DNA from: Bugula neritina
Lineage: Eukaryota; Animalia; Bryozoa
Direction of reading: 5' to 3'
DNA: 64,000 bases
NCBI GenBank assembly: GCA_964035545.1
Contig: OZ037767.1
Coordinates: forward strand, 29,528,628-29,592,627
Shown here piece after piece: positions 41,446 to 54,725 of this stretch (position 1 is the first letter of the stretch; each line of letters opens with the position of its first letter). The translations under genes were made by a program, and so were the position numbers. The notes below the pieces were generated by a model. The model was not told where the DNA came from, made no database searches, and saw nothing but the letters and a program-made list of their open reading frames with translations.

Positions 41446-44400
41446 GAATGCAGTAACCAAACGCAAGACACCTGACCATCTTTCAGCTGCACTAAAATGT
41501 GACATCAGAGCGCAGGTTCCCTAACATTGACAAGTTATTCACACATCTATATATCTATTGTCGCATTTACTTTACTGTTGACCTCCGGGCATGATGAATT
41601 ATGACACATCAAATATTAGCTCATGAAACAACAAGAGAAGTAGTTTCCTTACTTGAAATGCAAAGAAGTGTTTCCTGTCATCTTTATTGTTCCCGCTTTT
41701 GACTGACATATGATTCTGAAGCCTCTCCACCGGAGGCAGTTGGAAGAAATCTCCGCATATAATCAACTGGATGCCACCGAAAGGTTCTTCTGACTTTCTT
41801 ACAACTCTGGAAGGATTTACAAATATTGTGAGATACAAAGCAGAGTATTGTACATTACTCTATACAGTAGTGTACATTACTCTATACAGTAATGTACATT
41901 ACTCTATACAATATTGTACATTACTCTATACAGTAATGTACATTACTCTATACAGTAATGTACATTACTCTATACAGTATTGTACATTACTCTATACAGT
42001 ATTGTGCATTACTCTATACAGTATTGTACATTACTCTATACAGTAGTGCACATTACTCTATACTGTAGTGTACATTACTCTAAACAGTAGTGTACATTAC
42101 TCTATACAGTATTGTACATTACTCTATACAGTACTATACATTACTCTATACAGTACTGTACATTACTCTATACAGTATTGTACATTATTCTATACAGTAG
42201 TGTACAGCATACTCCTACCTAGCTACAGCTTCCAGTTTGGCAAAGTAGTCGCCGTGTACCATTGAAATCTCGTCTATTATAAGATGCCTGCACTTGCGCC
42301 ACTGTGCCGCCACAACGCTCCTGTTAGCTAGCTCTATACACTGATCTAGACTGGCCCGGCCTGAACCGATACCGGCAAATGAATGTAGCGTCATGCCGGA
42401 TATGTGAGAAGCCGCAATACCGGTGCTAGCAGTTGAAAAGGTATACTCGGGTGCAAGAGAGCCTGTGTAATAGACACAATACTGTGACAGTTATCAGTAA
42501 TGCAAGAAAAATCAATTTAAAAAAAGTTCATTCGAAGAAGTTTTATCAAATTATGGAAGCAAATTATAATTTACATAATAATTTTCGATTGAAAAACGTT
42601 TCATTTAGTATGTATACAACAATAACACCAGTATTGATACACAAAACAAAATTGTGTTATGGTAAACTGGTAACAATATCGCCACTACTCCTGAACACCA
42701 GACTTTAGCATACGGCTACGACAGCCTAAAGCAGCTATCAAATCATTTAAAGATACATCGAAGTCTCACAACGTGAAACATATGACAGTCTACTACACAG
42801 ATACATCTTACTAGAAGCTGTTATACTTACCCAGTGCACGCTGTAACAGAAATGATTTGCCAGTTCCAGCACTTCCAGTAAAGAAGACATTCTTTCCTGA
42901 TGATATGGCCTCTAGAACTCTATACTGCTGCCGAGTCAGTTCAGTGAGGGAGGGGGTAAGGCTAATGTTTCGTCTCGCTGCTTTATGTGTCCCCCTCTAT
43001 ATAAATCATGTTCACCATAATTATAATTATGATAAATCTAGCTTGATACATTCTATTATAAAGCAGGTCATTGTACTTGCTGTAAAATCAGTATGACTTG
43101 CCAGACATTGAAAACTAGCTGTTAGTATGAGAAAATACTACTAGAATATTCTCTATAATATTCTGACTCTAAACCATACTAAGTAGGAATTTCAACCAGG
43201 AGTTGTCCCACCTAGGCATTGCAGATCACAAAACATTTCAAATGAGTCATGTTAACTCAACTTACCAACTGATTTTCCTTGTTAGCTGTAGAGTCATTTT
43301 CAAACTTCCTTTTGATAGACTTGGAACCAGTAGGGGTTTCAGATGGACAGGTTTGAGGGACGCGTACACACTGCACATCTTGTTCACATAGTGGGCTGAT
43401 CTCAGTAAATGGAGCTTCCACAGCTTTTGGAGATACAACAATTCAAATTAAAATACAAGGTGAGACAACCACTGTTTATATAAAGCTTACAGTTTATAAA
43501 TTAAGTGGAGATGGCAAACTGCCTAGCTGTAGCCTGCAGTTCTCTGCCTGTAGACTGTAGAGTCTAGATGAAGCCTGCAGTTTCTTGTCTGTAAAGTCTA
43601 ATAGTCTAATACTCGCAACTCACCACATACTGCTGTGAGTGACCCACCAATGGACATATTCACATATCATTTCAACTCTCACTTTATCTACACAGCTCAA
43701 TTAATGTACAAACGAGGTACATATAGTATATTAACATGAATAAATTAAACATTCATACTCTTTATATCAAACACAAGGTGTTAACAATCTATCTAATTCT
43801 ATGGAAAAACTAAATAGATAGCCAACACCTTACCTGCTTTAAAAAATGTCAAACTCTCTCTAAGCAACTGAACACTAAAACAATGGTAAACAAGTCTTCA
43901 AAAAAGTTAGTTTGACACAAGGATATTTTTGCTGCATAAACAAAAGGAAATCCATTATAATTTCATACAAATTATATGAGATTGTTATTATTACCTTCAG
44001 CAAACAAGCGCTCTCTGGAAGAGTACATTTTACCAGCTGGTGCAGTCTTGTGCCGAGCCAATTTACCAACGAGTGTCTTAAGGAAGAGAAGGAGTTTGTC
44101 AGGTGGACAGTTGGAAATCAGCAACTGCACCTGAGAATATAAGACCAGAATGCAATGCGAGCTAACAAACAGTATAGCATAACTCCGTAGCACATAGCCA
44201 TTGCTGATATGTCTTCAAGTAGTGATTGGAACCTCTAAGCATATTATGTTCTAATATTTTTGAAAAGTTAGGTTGCAACTGAAGTTAATAAAAGTTAGGA
44301 CCTCGTGGCAAACTTGGCGACACCTGATTGGTGTGAAACCGGGTTAGCTGCAGACGTACCTTGTCAGAAGGCAGGAAAATGGTGCTCTTTCCTTCCTTCA

Positions 44401-45227
44401 TAAACCTCCGGTGTATTTTCATATCATCCAAACAGAACTGCTTTGTAGACTAACAACAATAGAGAAAGGCAAAACACAATCATTTCAAATGTCTGCTAAA
44501 AAGTTATGTATACAGTGCATCTTGGCATAACATTTTTCTATTAAGTTGCAAGTTTAAAAAATATTCATGTTATTTGTTGTTTCCATCGAGTTAAAAAAAT
44601 CAATTACAATAGACAACTATGAGTGACTTCTCAAGAAGCTCAGGATTTGCACTACTATCAAGTTACTTATTATTGGTTATAGCAACGCAAATCTTCAAAT
44701 CTACACACAACCGCTACCATTGCCAATTATATTGCTCTTGATATGATTGAATTTTATTTCAATGCACTACTTGTAATATATCACAAAATTATAGCTTCCA
44801 TTTCCCACTAATAATTCCACTAAACTATCTCCTACCAAAATAGAACATGATTAAGAAATTTTTATCCTGAAATCCAACACCATAAAATTTGAAGTTTATT
44901 ATAAAGTTGGCTGTTTTATTTACAAATAAAAAGTTTTTTTGACCGTGAACAGCCTTACAGTGTGTTCAAATTTATGATTTAGAAAATTCAGATTATGGTG
45001 GCAATCTTAGCACATACCGCATTTTAAATCAATGTGAACTTGCACATGCAAACACTTACACTGCCCATGTGAGTTTGTATCACTGGTTCTGAAAACTGGT
45101 TTCTCCCCAGCAAAAGCATTGCAGACCGACAGGTATCGCGTTTGCCAGCTGTGTTGTGGGTTGAATCCAACTTTTCTATGGTCAATGTGCATTTCAAACA
45201 ATTACCGAAACCAAGGGATGATTCCAT
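39173..45227 (-). CDS. PIF1: ATP-dependent 5'-3' DNA helicase PIF1 (13 exons)
   Basis: N-terminal [12 protein letters not shown]; Walker [12 protein letters not shown]; TASTGIAA...TLHSFAGIG; LIIDEISM; [19 protein letters not shown]; LKKGAQVML..N...LVNGTRGVV; [20 protein letters not shown]; [13 protein letters not shown]. 5'UTR intron predicted at 45241-46066. Confidence 0.97.
39975..40135. repeat. Degenerate 21-27-bp tandem repeat (gtaatacagtcactatacag), PIF1 intron
   Basis: Direct reading; fills most of the intron 39897-40155. Confidence 0.85.
41277..41442. repeat. 12-bp repeat (gtgtcagtatat) followed by an (AT)n microsatellite (~41357-41442)
   Basis: Direct reading; lies just upstream of the PIF1 acceptor at ~41258. 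Confidence 0.95.
41844..42205. repeat. 22-bp minisatellite (gtacattactctatacagtatt, ~16 copies) filling a PIF1 intron
   Basis: Direct reading; intron ~41809-42217. Confidence 0.95.
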
Positions 45228-46066
45228 GACCTCACTTTACCTGTAAAACATCGAGTCTCAGTTTATGCTACTACAAACTTATAGTTATAGTAACGATAAT
45301 TGCAGACACTATGGAGTTCAACGCTTGTTAGCAGTAATTATAATGACAATCATAATGACATTGACTTAATTATACAGTATTACTATCAGTACAACTATAT
45401 ACTATTTTTCTATTTACTTTTAGTAACGTTTAATTTATCCTTTCATCTTCAGACTGAGATAATTAAATAATATCATTAGTATCACAATCATAATGATAAT
45501 TATAATGACTAGACACAATCACAATGATAATGAACATTTATTAAAATTTAAGTAGCGACAACACCACTATTACTATCATCTATAACTATCACTATGGTGA
45601 TGCCAATGGTCTCAAAGCCAAACAAGTATTCTTATAGTTATACTTATAGTTATAGTTATACAGTATAGCTTATAGCTTAATAATAGTTATTCTATTCAAA
45701 CTTACTCTTGAATCATCATTTAAATTACCATTACCGTAATCAGTGATTACCTCTAAAACTAAAAGTAAAAGTAAAAGTAAATATAGGTCTTTGAACAGCA
45801 CTGCCACTAGCATTCACACAGTAACCGTCACACTCACAGTCACTGCCACATTGACACTCAGAGTCAGTCTGAGTCTCAAAGTGACACTCACACTGACAGT
45901 CACTGTGACTGTGAAACAAAAAGTAAAACTAAATCAAAATGAAAATGTCAGAGTGCGTAAGTTTATGATTATATTTATTATAATTATTCAATTATTCTAC
46001 TTCTATTTTAGTTAAATAAAATCCAAAACTCAAGCATAAAAAGGCTATATAAATCAAAAAGCATAC

Positions 46067-46372
46067 CCACTTTTACTGAGTGTGAAGTCACAATTTTGGC
46101 TGTAACTTGAATAATCACAATGACTCTGACTTCGAACAATTTGAATTTAGTGAAATGAGAAGTCGTTACAGCTTAATCTGTTTGGTGCTTTATCTTTATG
46201 CGTTTTCATACTGGAGGAAAACGTAGTTTTTAGGGCTTGCGATATATTGTTTGATAGGCAGTTTTATCCGTAGACAGAAATGATCTAATATTAACTTTTA
46301 GCCGACATATTTCTACGGCGCGACTTTAGTATTTTATACTGCGGACCTTGATGCCAGGCAACCTACAAACAG
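46067..46372. promoter_or_regulatory. Probable bidirectional promoter PIF1 / C6orf118-like, with X-box-like GATGCCAGGCAAC at 46350-46362
   Basis: Minus donor TGG|GTATGC at 46067/46066 and plus donor CAG|GTATAC at 46372/46373; CpG-rich patch near 46310-46345. Confidence 0.55.
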
Positions 46373-46489
46373 GTATACTGATGATAGCATTATCATGAAT
46401 AACTGAACTGGGCTTCACCATAAACTATCAAGAACTAGATTAACACAGTGGTGATTATAATCGTCTCCTTAAAACATGTGAAGCTAAAA

Positions 46490-47372
46490 ATGGCACTTAC
46501 TAGTAAACAGAGAGCAAAGCAACTCGAGAATCTACTGGATGCAGCTGAGAGAGGAAGCAAAAGAGATGCCTCAGATTACACCTCTGGACATTTGAATGAA
46601 TCAAACCTTCACAAACCTCCAGAATTCAGTTCTCACAAAGAATGGAGAGGAGCTAGACAAAAAACTTTTAGCTTAAGCAAAGGAAGCAATTTATCATTTC
46701 CACACAAACAACCTAGCAAGAACAAGCATGGGATGTCGGATATTCTTGCTGAATTTAGCTTAGGAAATGATGGATTCCTACCAACAGTTAAGGGGAAGAA
46801 ACAGAAACCAAAGCGAATTAATAATACTCAATGGAACAGTGAATCATCTGACAGTGTAAATGAAAAAGCATTAATTGAAGAACTTGACTCAAGGCGGTTT
46901 ATGTTAAACAGAAGTCAGCCACCGAGATTATCTAGATCCTGGGCTACTGAAGATGATGACGCAGAGACTCGGCATAGAAACTCTAAATCCGTTCCTCCTA
47001 AACACGAATTTTATAGTTTTAAATCTGGTGCTACAAAACGTGACCAATTTAAAGATTTTAAATTATTTGAAAATGGGACATTGCGTAAAAAGGATATATT
47101 GCTCCATAAAGCTCTCTCTGGTGAACAAGTTGTCAGACATCTTGAGCAGCAGCTGACTGAGGTTTGATTGTAGTTATGCTTGATTTGTGTTTCATAACTA
47201 ATAGTAAAGAGTTGTTGTGTGCAAATAAATCATAAATAATTCTGAAAGTAAAGTAAATAAAAAATTAATATTGTTGTCTAAAATTAAAAATATTTAGATC
47301 AATAATGCTTCTAGTTACACTATTACTATTATAAGTACAGAATAATATTATATTATATATATATATATATAC

Positions 47373-47417
<45 letters not shown>

Positions 47418-50400
47418 CTATTGATTAAAATGTCGAACTGATCACATGCAGGTGAATATATTTTCATGTATACATACTTAAGTTCAATATATTCAGCTGC
47501 ATGCGATCAGTTCAACATATTAATCAATAATCATTGTATAGGTGCTATAGAATTAACTTTATTAGTATTATTTGCTTTATGCGTGTGCAAATATGCGCAT
47601 GCATAAGTAATACTTGTTTACAGGTGTAATAATATAGTAGGGAATATGCTGATTTAGTATTATACCTGTTTTATAGACACTAACACTGTTAGGGGACGGT
47701 CCTGGAACATCCTTCCATCGTCTTCAAGCTCATAGTGGAACTCTGCAACAGATATTAGAGTCGTCTCCTTTATTTAGTTACATTTTAAAGCAAATCAAGG
47801 CAAGTTTCATTCTACATAATTTAATAACCATTTGTAAGTTGTATAAAACATATAGAACTAATTTAAAGCGTAATTTGGGATCTACTTTTGTATGCCAACT
47901 GCCAAGCATTAAACATGCAAGAAGCTGGACTAGTCTAATGCTTAATTTTTGACTTTTAGATTTATGTTGCATAATTACAATTAAAAATTAAACTAACCTA
48001 CCTACTTGCATAATATATATATATATAGAATAATTCATTGTAATATAACATGAAATAGATAAATATACATATGCATAACTAATTTTGAACAATGCAAGCT
48101 GGCATATGATTATAAAAGGGTTATAGTGATACTTACCATAAATAATGTATGGCCATAATATTATATGATTGTAGTAGTACATACAAAAACAATATAACAT
48201 GCTTATAGTTAATATAGAAATTTGATTGTATTGCATATTAAAATCGATAGCTGCGGTAAACCAGCAGTGTTTAGGTTGTTATATCAAATTTGTCTCATGT
48301 TAGACTAATTCTTTCAGGCAGAGTATGACGATTATGTGGGCTGGCTACTAGACACCCACCCCACACAAAGCTACCTGTTAAGAGAGCAGGTCAATGATCT
48401 CTATGAGAAAAGAATATCCAATCCTCTACAGCTCGGGCAAGTTAAGAATGACACTGAGAAGTTAGAGGGAGAAGGTGTTAGACTATTAGATCTCAATGAA
48501 AAGCTACGAGTAGAAGTTAGAGAAGCAAAAGAAAGTTCTACAAGACACTCTCTTAGCCCAGGTAGTTCAGTTATACTCACCTGCAGTGTGTAAGAAATGC
48601 TATTAAATGTATACATATATACTGTATATAAGTTGCATGCAGATTTTTGTTAGTCCACTATATGATATTTCATTATTCATTCAGTTCTTTATTTTCTGGT
48701 GTTTTTTTTTTAGAGAAGCATGTAAGCATACCAACTCTAGAGTATTACACTATAACATAAAGTTTGTAGCTTTTAGCCAATATGTTGATAATTCTATAGA
48801 CATTTAGAACAGGCATATGATATATAGATGAAATATTTGGCAGCTGCTAACTGTTGTAACACTCTAAAACCTTTCTAGATGTGTATTCCCGGAAGCAAGA
48901 CATAAACAGAGAGGATAAATCTCAGTTTGACTTGGCCGATCAGTTGCAGGATTTACATGCGACCATCTTGGCTAGGTTAGATGAGTTGGATGAGATGAGG
49001 TCAAATATGAGAGAGGATTATGTACCCAGCTCCGTCTGCCAGAACTTGGAGCAATGTCTAAAAGACACTGAGGTAAAATAAATAAAGGAAACCAAGTGCT
49101 ATAATACTCTGTCACCTTTGGGAAGGTGGAAGGTGTGAATTCTTGTGCAGTCGTTAGTTTGTTGAAACATCCCCTCAACATAATTTACCTTTCTATTATA
49201 AATAGATTTACTATTTAGCTAATCTAATTAACATAAGATGGGCCACTAAGCCAAAAGTGTATAAATTTGTCAACTTGGGTTTTCATCGGAGCAGAGTAGA
49301 TGTAGCAGCTGATCTTCACCTAGTTCCGATTTATAAAATGTTATGATGTCAAAGCTGTCTAATATCTGTTTTATAGGTAGAAGTTCAAAAGTTGTTGAAG
49401 CAGAATGAAATAATGGAGAAGAAAATCCTGGACATGGAAGATGACATAACTTCTGCTGTTGAAGGTTGTGAGGTCTCCAGACGTGATAAACAGTGAGTGA
49501 CTTATGTCATGTCTCAGTATTGCTGTATTACATAATATGCATAACATAATCTTATATAATATGCATACTGTAATATTATATGCTTTAAATAATGTATAAT
49601 CTTATGTAACAGCCTATAGGCCTACATGATATAAAATAATACAATATTAATTAATACAATATATATTACATAACATGCGTGAGATAAATGACAAAATATG
49701 ATAAAAAATATTATATATTGCAATATGTACAATATATATTATATAATATCTAATATAATATACTATATAATATGCATATAAATACAATATATATTATCAT
49801 AGTTTCCTGATCATTATTATAGCAACTGTTTGTCATTCTATAAGCATGCAAATATCAATTAGTAAATTGTAGGCTATTCAGTTTTTCTTTAAATGTAGCT
49901 GCATGTAGTAGTTAGGATGTTAAACTGCAATTGATTACAGGAGAGAATCTTAAAGCAGCCATTTTATTACAGTCGTATGAATAAGTAGTCATGCAACAGC
50001 AACATTTGTACTAACATTAGTCAAATTCAAAATAGTAATAATGGGGAATTTTTGTAGTATATACTATGCACACTTGTGATAAACAACCAACGTACATGTA
50101 TTGCATAGTGTTCTTTGGGCACTGTCTCACACAGTTCAATGTGTACCAACACATGGCAATGTGATTCCAATACATGAATTTCATGTAATCTGGTTCGGCA
50201 ATATGTAGAAACAAAAAAATTATGTTCATGCATATTATATCACATAGCATGCAGCAGGCTAAGCAAAATAATATTTTTTTAATTACGTTGTAGATCAATT
50301 AATTTACCAATGATTGTTTTGAATAAATTTTATGTTTAGCAACTTTGTACTAAAAATTGGAAATAAATTAAGACTTGATGATGTTTTTCCACCAGCAACA

Positions 50401-52407
50401 TGGATTACTTATACCTTTCAGTTAAAACAAACTGCACTGCAGAAGATTGAATCATAGCAATGCAAGGCATAAAATAATTTCATCAAATAATATTAAATTT
50501 TTAATGTTTAAAATCAAATTTGACTGATTTCATTTCAATTCTGAGTCATGATTGCTGATTGATGTTGCTGATTGCTGATTGGTGTTGCTGATTGCTGATT
50601 GGTGTTGCTGATTGCTGATTGATGTTGCTGATTGCTGATTGGTGTTGCTGATTGGTGATTGGCTTGCAGACGTTTCTCTATATAGTAGTGTCATAAGTCA
50701 ACTGTTTGTGTCTCAACCAGGTTAATCCGGAAATTGTGTCTATGGCTGGTAAATTAACTCCTTCTGTCAGCTGTGATTGTGATTGTGCTATAGCCTTAGT
50801 TCTCAACTGTATTATGTTGCTCATTGACTACTTCAAATGCAATTGTTTGCCATATACTTGGATCTCTAACTACTTTCTGTGTTCAGCCAATATTATATAG
50901 TTTCTTGGTGCTTGCATTGCTGCTTTATATGTTGTGATTTATAAAGACCGTTATAAATTTCACTAAAGCGAGAAATGATTATTCGTTTTTAAAACAGGTT
51001 TGAGTGAATTCACAATTTAAAATAGTAATCCAACTACAAGCTTGGCAACAATTAATTTATATTTTTGTGTTAGAAACGCTGTATTTGAGTTTTTGGTTTA
51101 TACTGCACTGGAATCAATGTTGCACTCTGCCTTCTCGCGCTGACATGACTGCTTAATTCTGCCAGCCATAGACATTAATCAATGTTTTTTGTAAAACAGC
51201 AACAATTAACAGAGAGATTTGCCAAAATAATTAGTCAGAAACCTGGAGATCATTCAGTGCTTTGTTAAGTATGCGAGAAAAGCAAAAACTTGAATGGCTA
51301 ATTCTAACTATGCATGTATTGAGCAGTCAATACATCAATTCCTACCTTCAGTTTCAAAGCACTGATATGAGTTTACCTCAATTACATAGAGAAATCTGTT
51401 TAGTAATAATATAGTTATCATACTTAAGATTCGAGTCTTGTATTTTCACATGGTGTATGATGTGTATTTGTCTTTTCTTTGAAATGTTGGAGGCTTTTTA
51501 TTAATAGATTTGCACCATTAGAAACATTTTTCATGAAACTAAATTTTCTCAAAAGTAATTTCAAAGTAATTAACACTTGTTTAAATTTTTTCATCAAATC
51601 GAAAAGGTCAGTTTTTAAAAGTAAATTTTGAAGAATAAATGCTTTGGAAGCTGATACTATTAGGTTTTGCCAGCTATAGAGTTTGATATTTAATATTTTT
51701 AGAATATTTTATTTTGCCTGTTGTCTCTAACAGAATTTTGTATTTTGAGTAAAATATGTAAATGATAGAAATAACAGTTAGGCTAAACTGCTTAATTTAG
51801 TATAAGTTGATTTTTATATTCCAATTTATTACTCATCAAGGAATATTAAGTTAAGGGATAGTATACTTAATTTGATACTGGGTATTGAAAAATATTATAG
51901 TAATAAAAATAGTGTCTTAATTATAGCTTTAAGCATTCAATTGGCACAGTTTTTATGCAAACTATAATAAATATTTTAAACCATCGTACTATATAAATAA
52001 AACTATCTTGTTTCAATAAATTATTGAATTAAAAATTATAATTAGTTGAGACTATGATAGGATTTATTGCATAAATTTTTCTATATTGCACACTATATTG
52101 ATCCCTCTATATAGTTTAAACCTACTTTTATTTGAGAAAATATTGAAACACAAATTGACTAAAGAATGCTTGGAAATTTTCACACAGCAATTATTTGTGT
52201 TTCTGCAGGAAATGCAAGGAGAAGATAACAAGAACCAGAGTGCCGGGTATTAAACGGGGGTTCGACTCTTACGAAGAGTACGATGAGTTTATGCAGAAGT
52301 ATGCTGACGACAAAGCAACTAACCTCTTTGACCCCATGGCTGACGGAGAAAGTTCGGAAGATGAGGATGAAAAGCAGACAGATAGATGGGATTGGTATAT
52401 TTCTTAA
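46490..52407 (+). CDS. C6orf118: C6orf118-like coiled-coil protein (TSNAXIP1_N-type region)
   Basis: Exons 46490-47161, 47677-47799 (GC donor), 48318-48561, 48879-49072, 49377-49492, and a probable terminal exon 52209-52407. Motifs YTSGHLNESNLHKPP, GATKRDQF..F...L.K.D and ILKQIKAEYD resemble C6orf118 from recall. The terminal exon is uncertain (in-frame alternative at 49941-49953). Confidence 0.8.
47350..47416. repeat. (TA)n microsatellite
   Basis: Direct reading. Confidence 0.95.
47419..47529. mobile_element. MITE-like foldback element (44-bp arms, 23-bp spacer)
   Basis: 47419-47462 matches the reverse complement of 47486-47529 at 40/44; TA at both ends; abuts the (TA)n tract. Confidence 0.6.
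50553..50662. repeat. 20-bp tandem repeat (gctgattgctgattggtgtt, ~5 copies)
   Basis: Direct reading; ends just before ggcttgcag at 50661-50669. Confidence 0.9.
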
Positions 52408-53923
52408 CTCCATAAACTGGCAAAACTCAACAGTGATTTCAATTGATAATAATATAATATAAGTATCTGCAAGCAACTTTTTGCCTACAACAAATGTTTT
52501 CCTTGCCGGCTCAGCTTTAAATTAATTTGTATAAAAATGTCAAAGTTTTGTGTAACTATAATGTTTAACAGTTTATTGCTGTTACTGTAAAATAAAGATA
52601 AAATTCTATAATTCATGTTATTTCAATTTATATAACTAGTGTAGGGAAATATTTTTATAGTAACTGGTTAAGTTAGCAGTTGTCTTCCCTGTAATTTTGT
52701 TGTTTCTACAACCTGCGCCTCCGCCCAGAATCTTTAATTTTTACACTCAAACATTTCTGATTGCACAGCTACACATACACTTGTTTAATGTACACATGCA
52801 ATAGTGTAGTGTGTTGTTAGTGCTTAGTATTTTAATAATATCTTCATATATTTCTAATTATATAAACTGTAAATAATTTAACATTGCTCAATGTCTCAAA
52901 TGCTTTATACTCTGACAAAACATGTGATAAATAATATAATTAAAAATATAACAAATACCGCAATATGTAACATAACTTAGAATATACAAGATAATATAAT
53001 TGATGTAGTAGCTGTCACTAAATAGATCTATATTTGTTCAAAAAAGCGTATCATTTATCTACTCTCAATGTATTATGTTGCAGTATTTGAGAATAATTTT
53101 AAATTCAATTGTTGTACAGTGTGACATGTTTTCAAAACAATAAATAAATTTAATTATTGTAAATGTCTCTTGAATGTCACATATTTTATGTATAATATAA
53201 TTATTATGTAAATTATGCTAGCATTTGTGAATAGCTATGCTTTAGGCATATTATTTCCATATGCTTTAATAAACTATCATTTTGAGTCTTATTGCTTCTA
53301 CTATAAAACTTTTTGCAACTAATTTAAATTAATTATCTTTAAAAAAAATACATAAAATGTGCATGAACTTAATAACTCATAAAGTCAGTTGGTCTACTAA
53401 AATAAAATTTACAGGCCCTGAAATATAACATAAAGAGACTAAATAATACATGCAGTAAATTCTATAAACTGAAAGATGTTATTTACACCATTTTGTGTTG
53501 AAATTGAACAATTTACTTACTTGTCACAAAACACAAGTTACAATCGCATCATTTTGTGCAGAAGCCCCACAAATTGTCGCAATTATACTTAGTGGCCGGG
53601 TCATTGCAACATCAAAAATAGCAAAGTAAAATTAAATGTATGCGTAGCACAATATTATTACTTCAATGTCTATGTTATTTTTCTACATAAATAAAATAGA
53701 CTTGCAATTACACAATAAAACGCACTAAGTTATGACACTTCATAAGCATATGACTAGCACATTTCCCATACTGTGTCTTTTAAATTTATATTCTAATAAA
53801 ATATGATAATAACATATTATTCTGTTGAGTTTCCAAATTTCAACAATGCTGTGTAAAACACTTACCTTGTGTGGTCGATTGCCAATTGTTGCATAATATT
53901 CTAGTCTCTTATAAGTTGCAATC

Positions 53924-54684
53924 ATGGATTATCTTTGCAACTTTAACGAATGCGGGTCATTATCAGCGTGCGTTTCTAAAACGACAACAAGATTTCAATC
54001 AGGTGGCATCCATCTACAGCCAGAATACTCTTACGTCATTCTGACAGCAGTGCTGGTGGTATTAGAGCTGGTGTGGCTGGCGGTGAAGGCAGACTATAAT
54101 TGGAGGAATTTGACATCATTTGCTGGCACTGATGATCAGGTTATTATAGCTTGTATTATGATATTGCTAGCATGGTCTTAAACTCAAGCTGCAGGCATTG
54201 CTCAAAACTCATAAAGTTACTTGAGCACTCTGACTCGAGTTTAAACACAATTTAAATATGCTTTGATAGAAGAATAATCTTCTTCTATTGCGAAAGTGTG
54301 GGCCATGGTACTCTGTTCTTTGCTAATTGGGCGACCGATTCTGAAAAATTTGCTGCACACACATCATATATATTATATTGTATTATATTATATTATATTA
54401 TATTATATTATATTATATATTGCACTGTATGAACATTATATGGCATATATGTTTATACTAACTGCATATGACTTAATATATCATAATAATTATAGGCTTT
54501 TTACAAAGTTTTTTAATTGTGTTTTATTATTGGGAGCCAAATGTATTGCATTGTATTTTACAGGATGATTCGTGTATCTCAACCCAGCAGGATACTAAGA
54601 AGAATAATAGTCAACAAGCACTGCTTCAAATGTACGTTATAATAAGATTTTAGTACAACCATTTGATATATAGTACACACGCCG

Positions 54685-54725
<41 letters not shown>

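Noticed and set aside
41212-41505. YIYIYI ORFs and an apparent small exon near 41473-41495
   Set aside because: (AT)n translation; PIF1 splices in frame FAFQ|TRAWSRC without it
39173-45227. Helitron-encoded PIF1-like helicase
   Set aside because: No Rep/HUH domain; has the cellular PIF1 N-terminal domain, 13 exons and a host promoter
45743-46015. Beta-solenoid/antifreeze-like TVTVTL ORF
   Set aside because: Product of the 6-bp periodic tract in the PIF1 5'UTR intron; non-ATG start and no splice support
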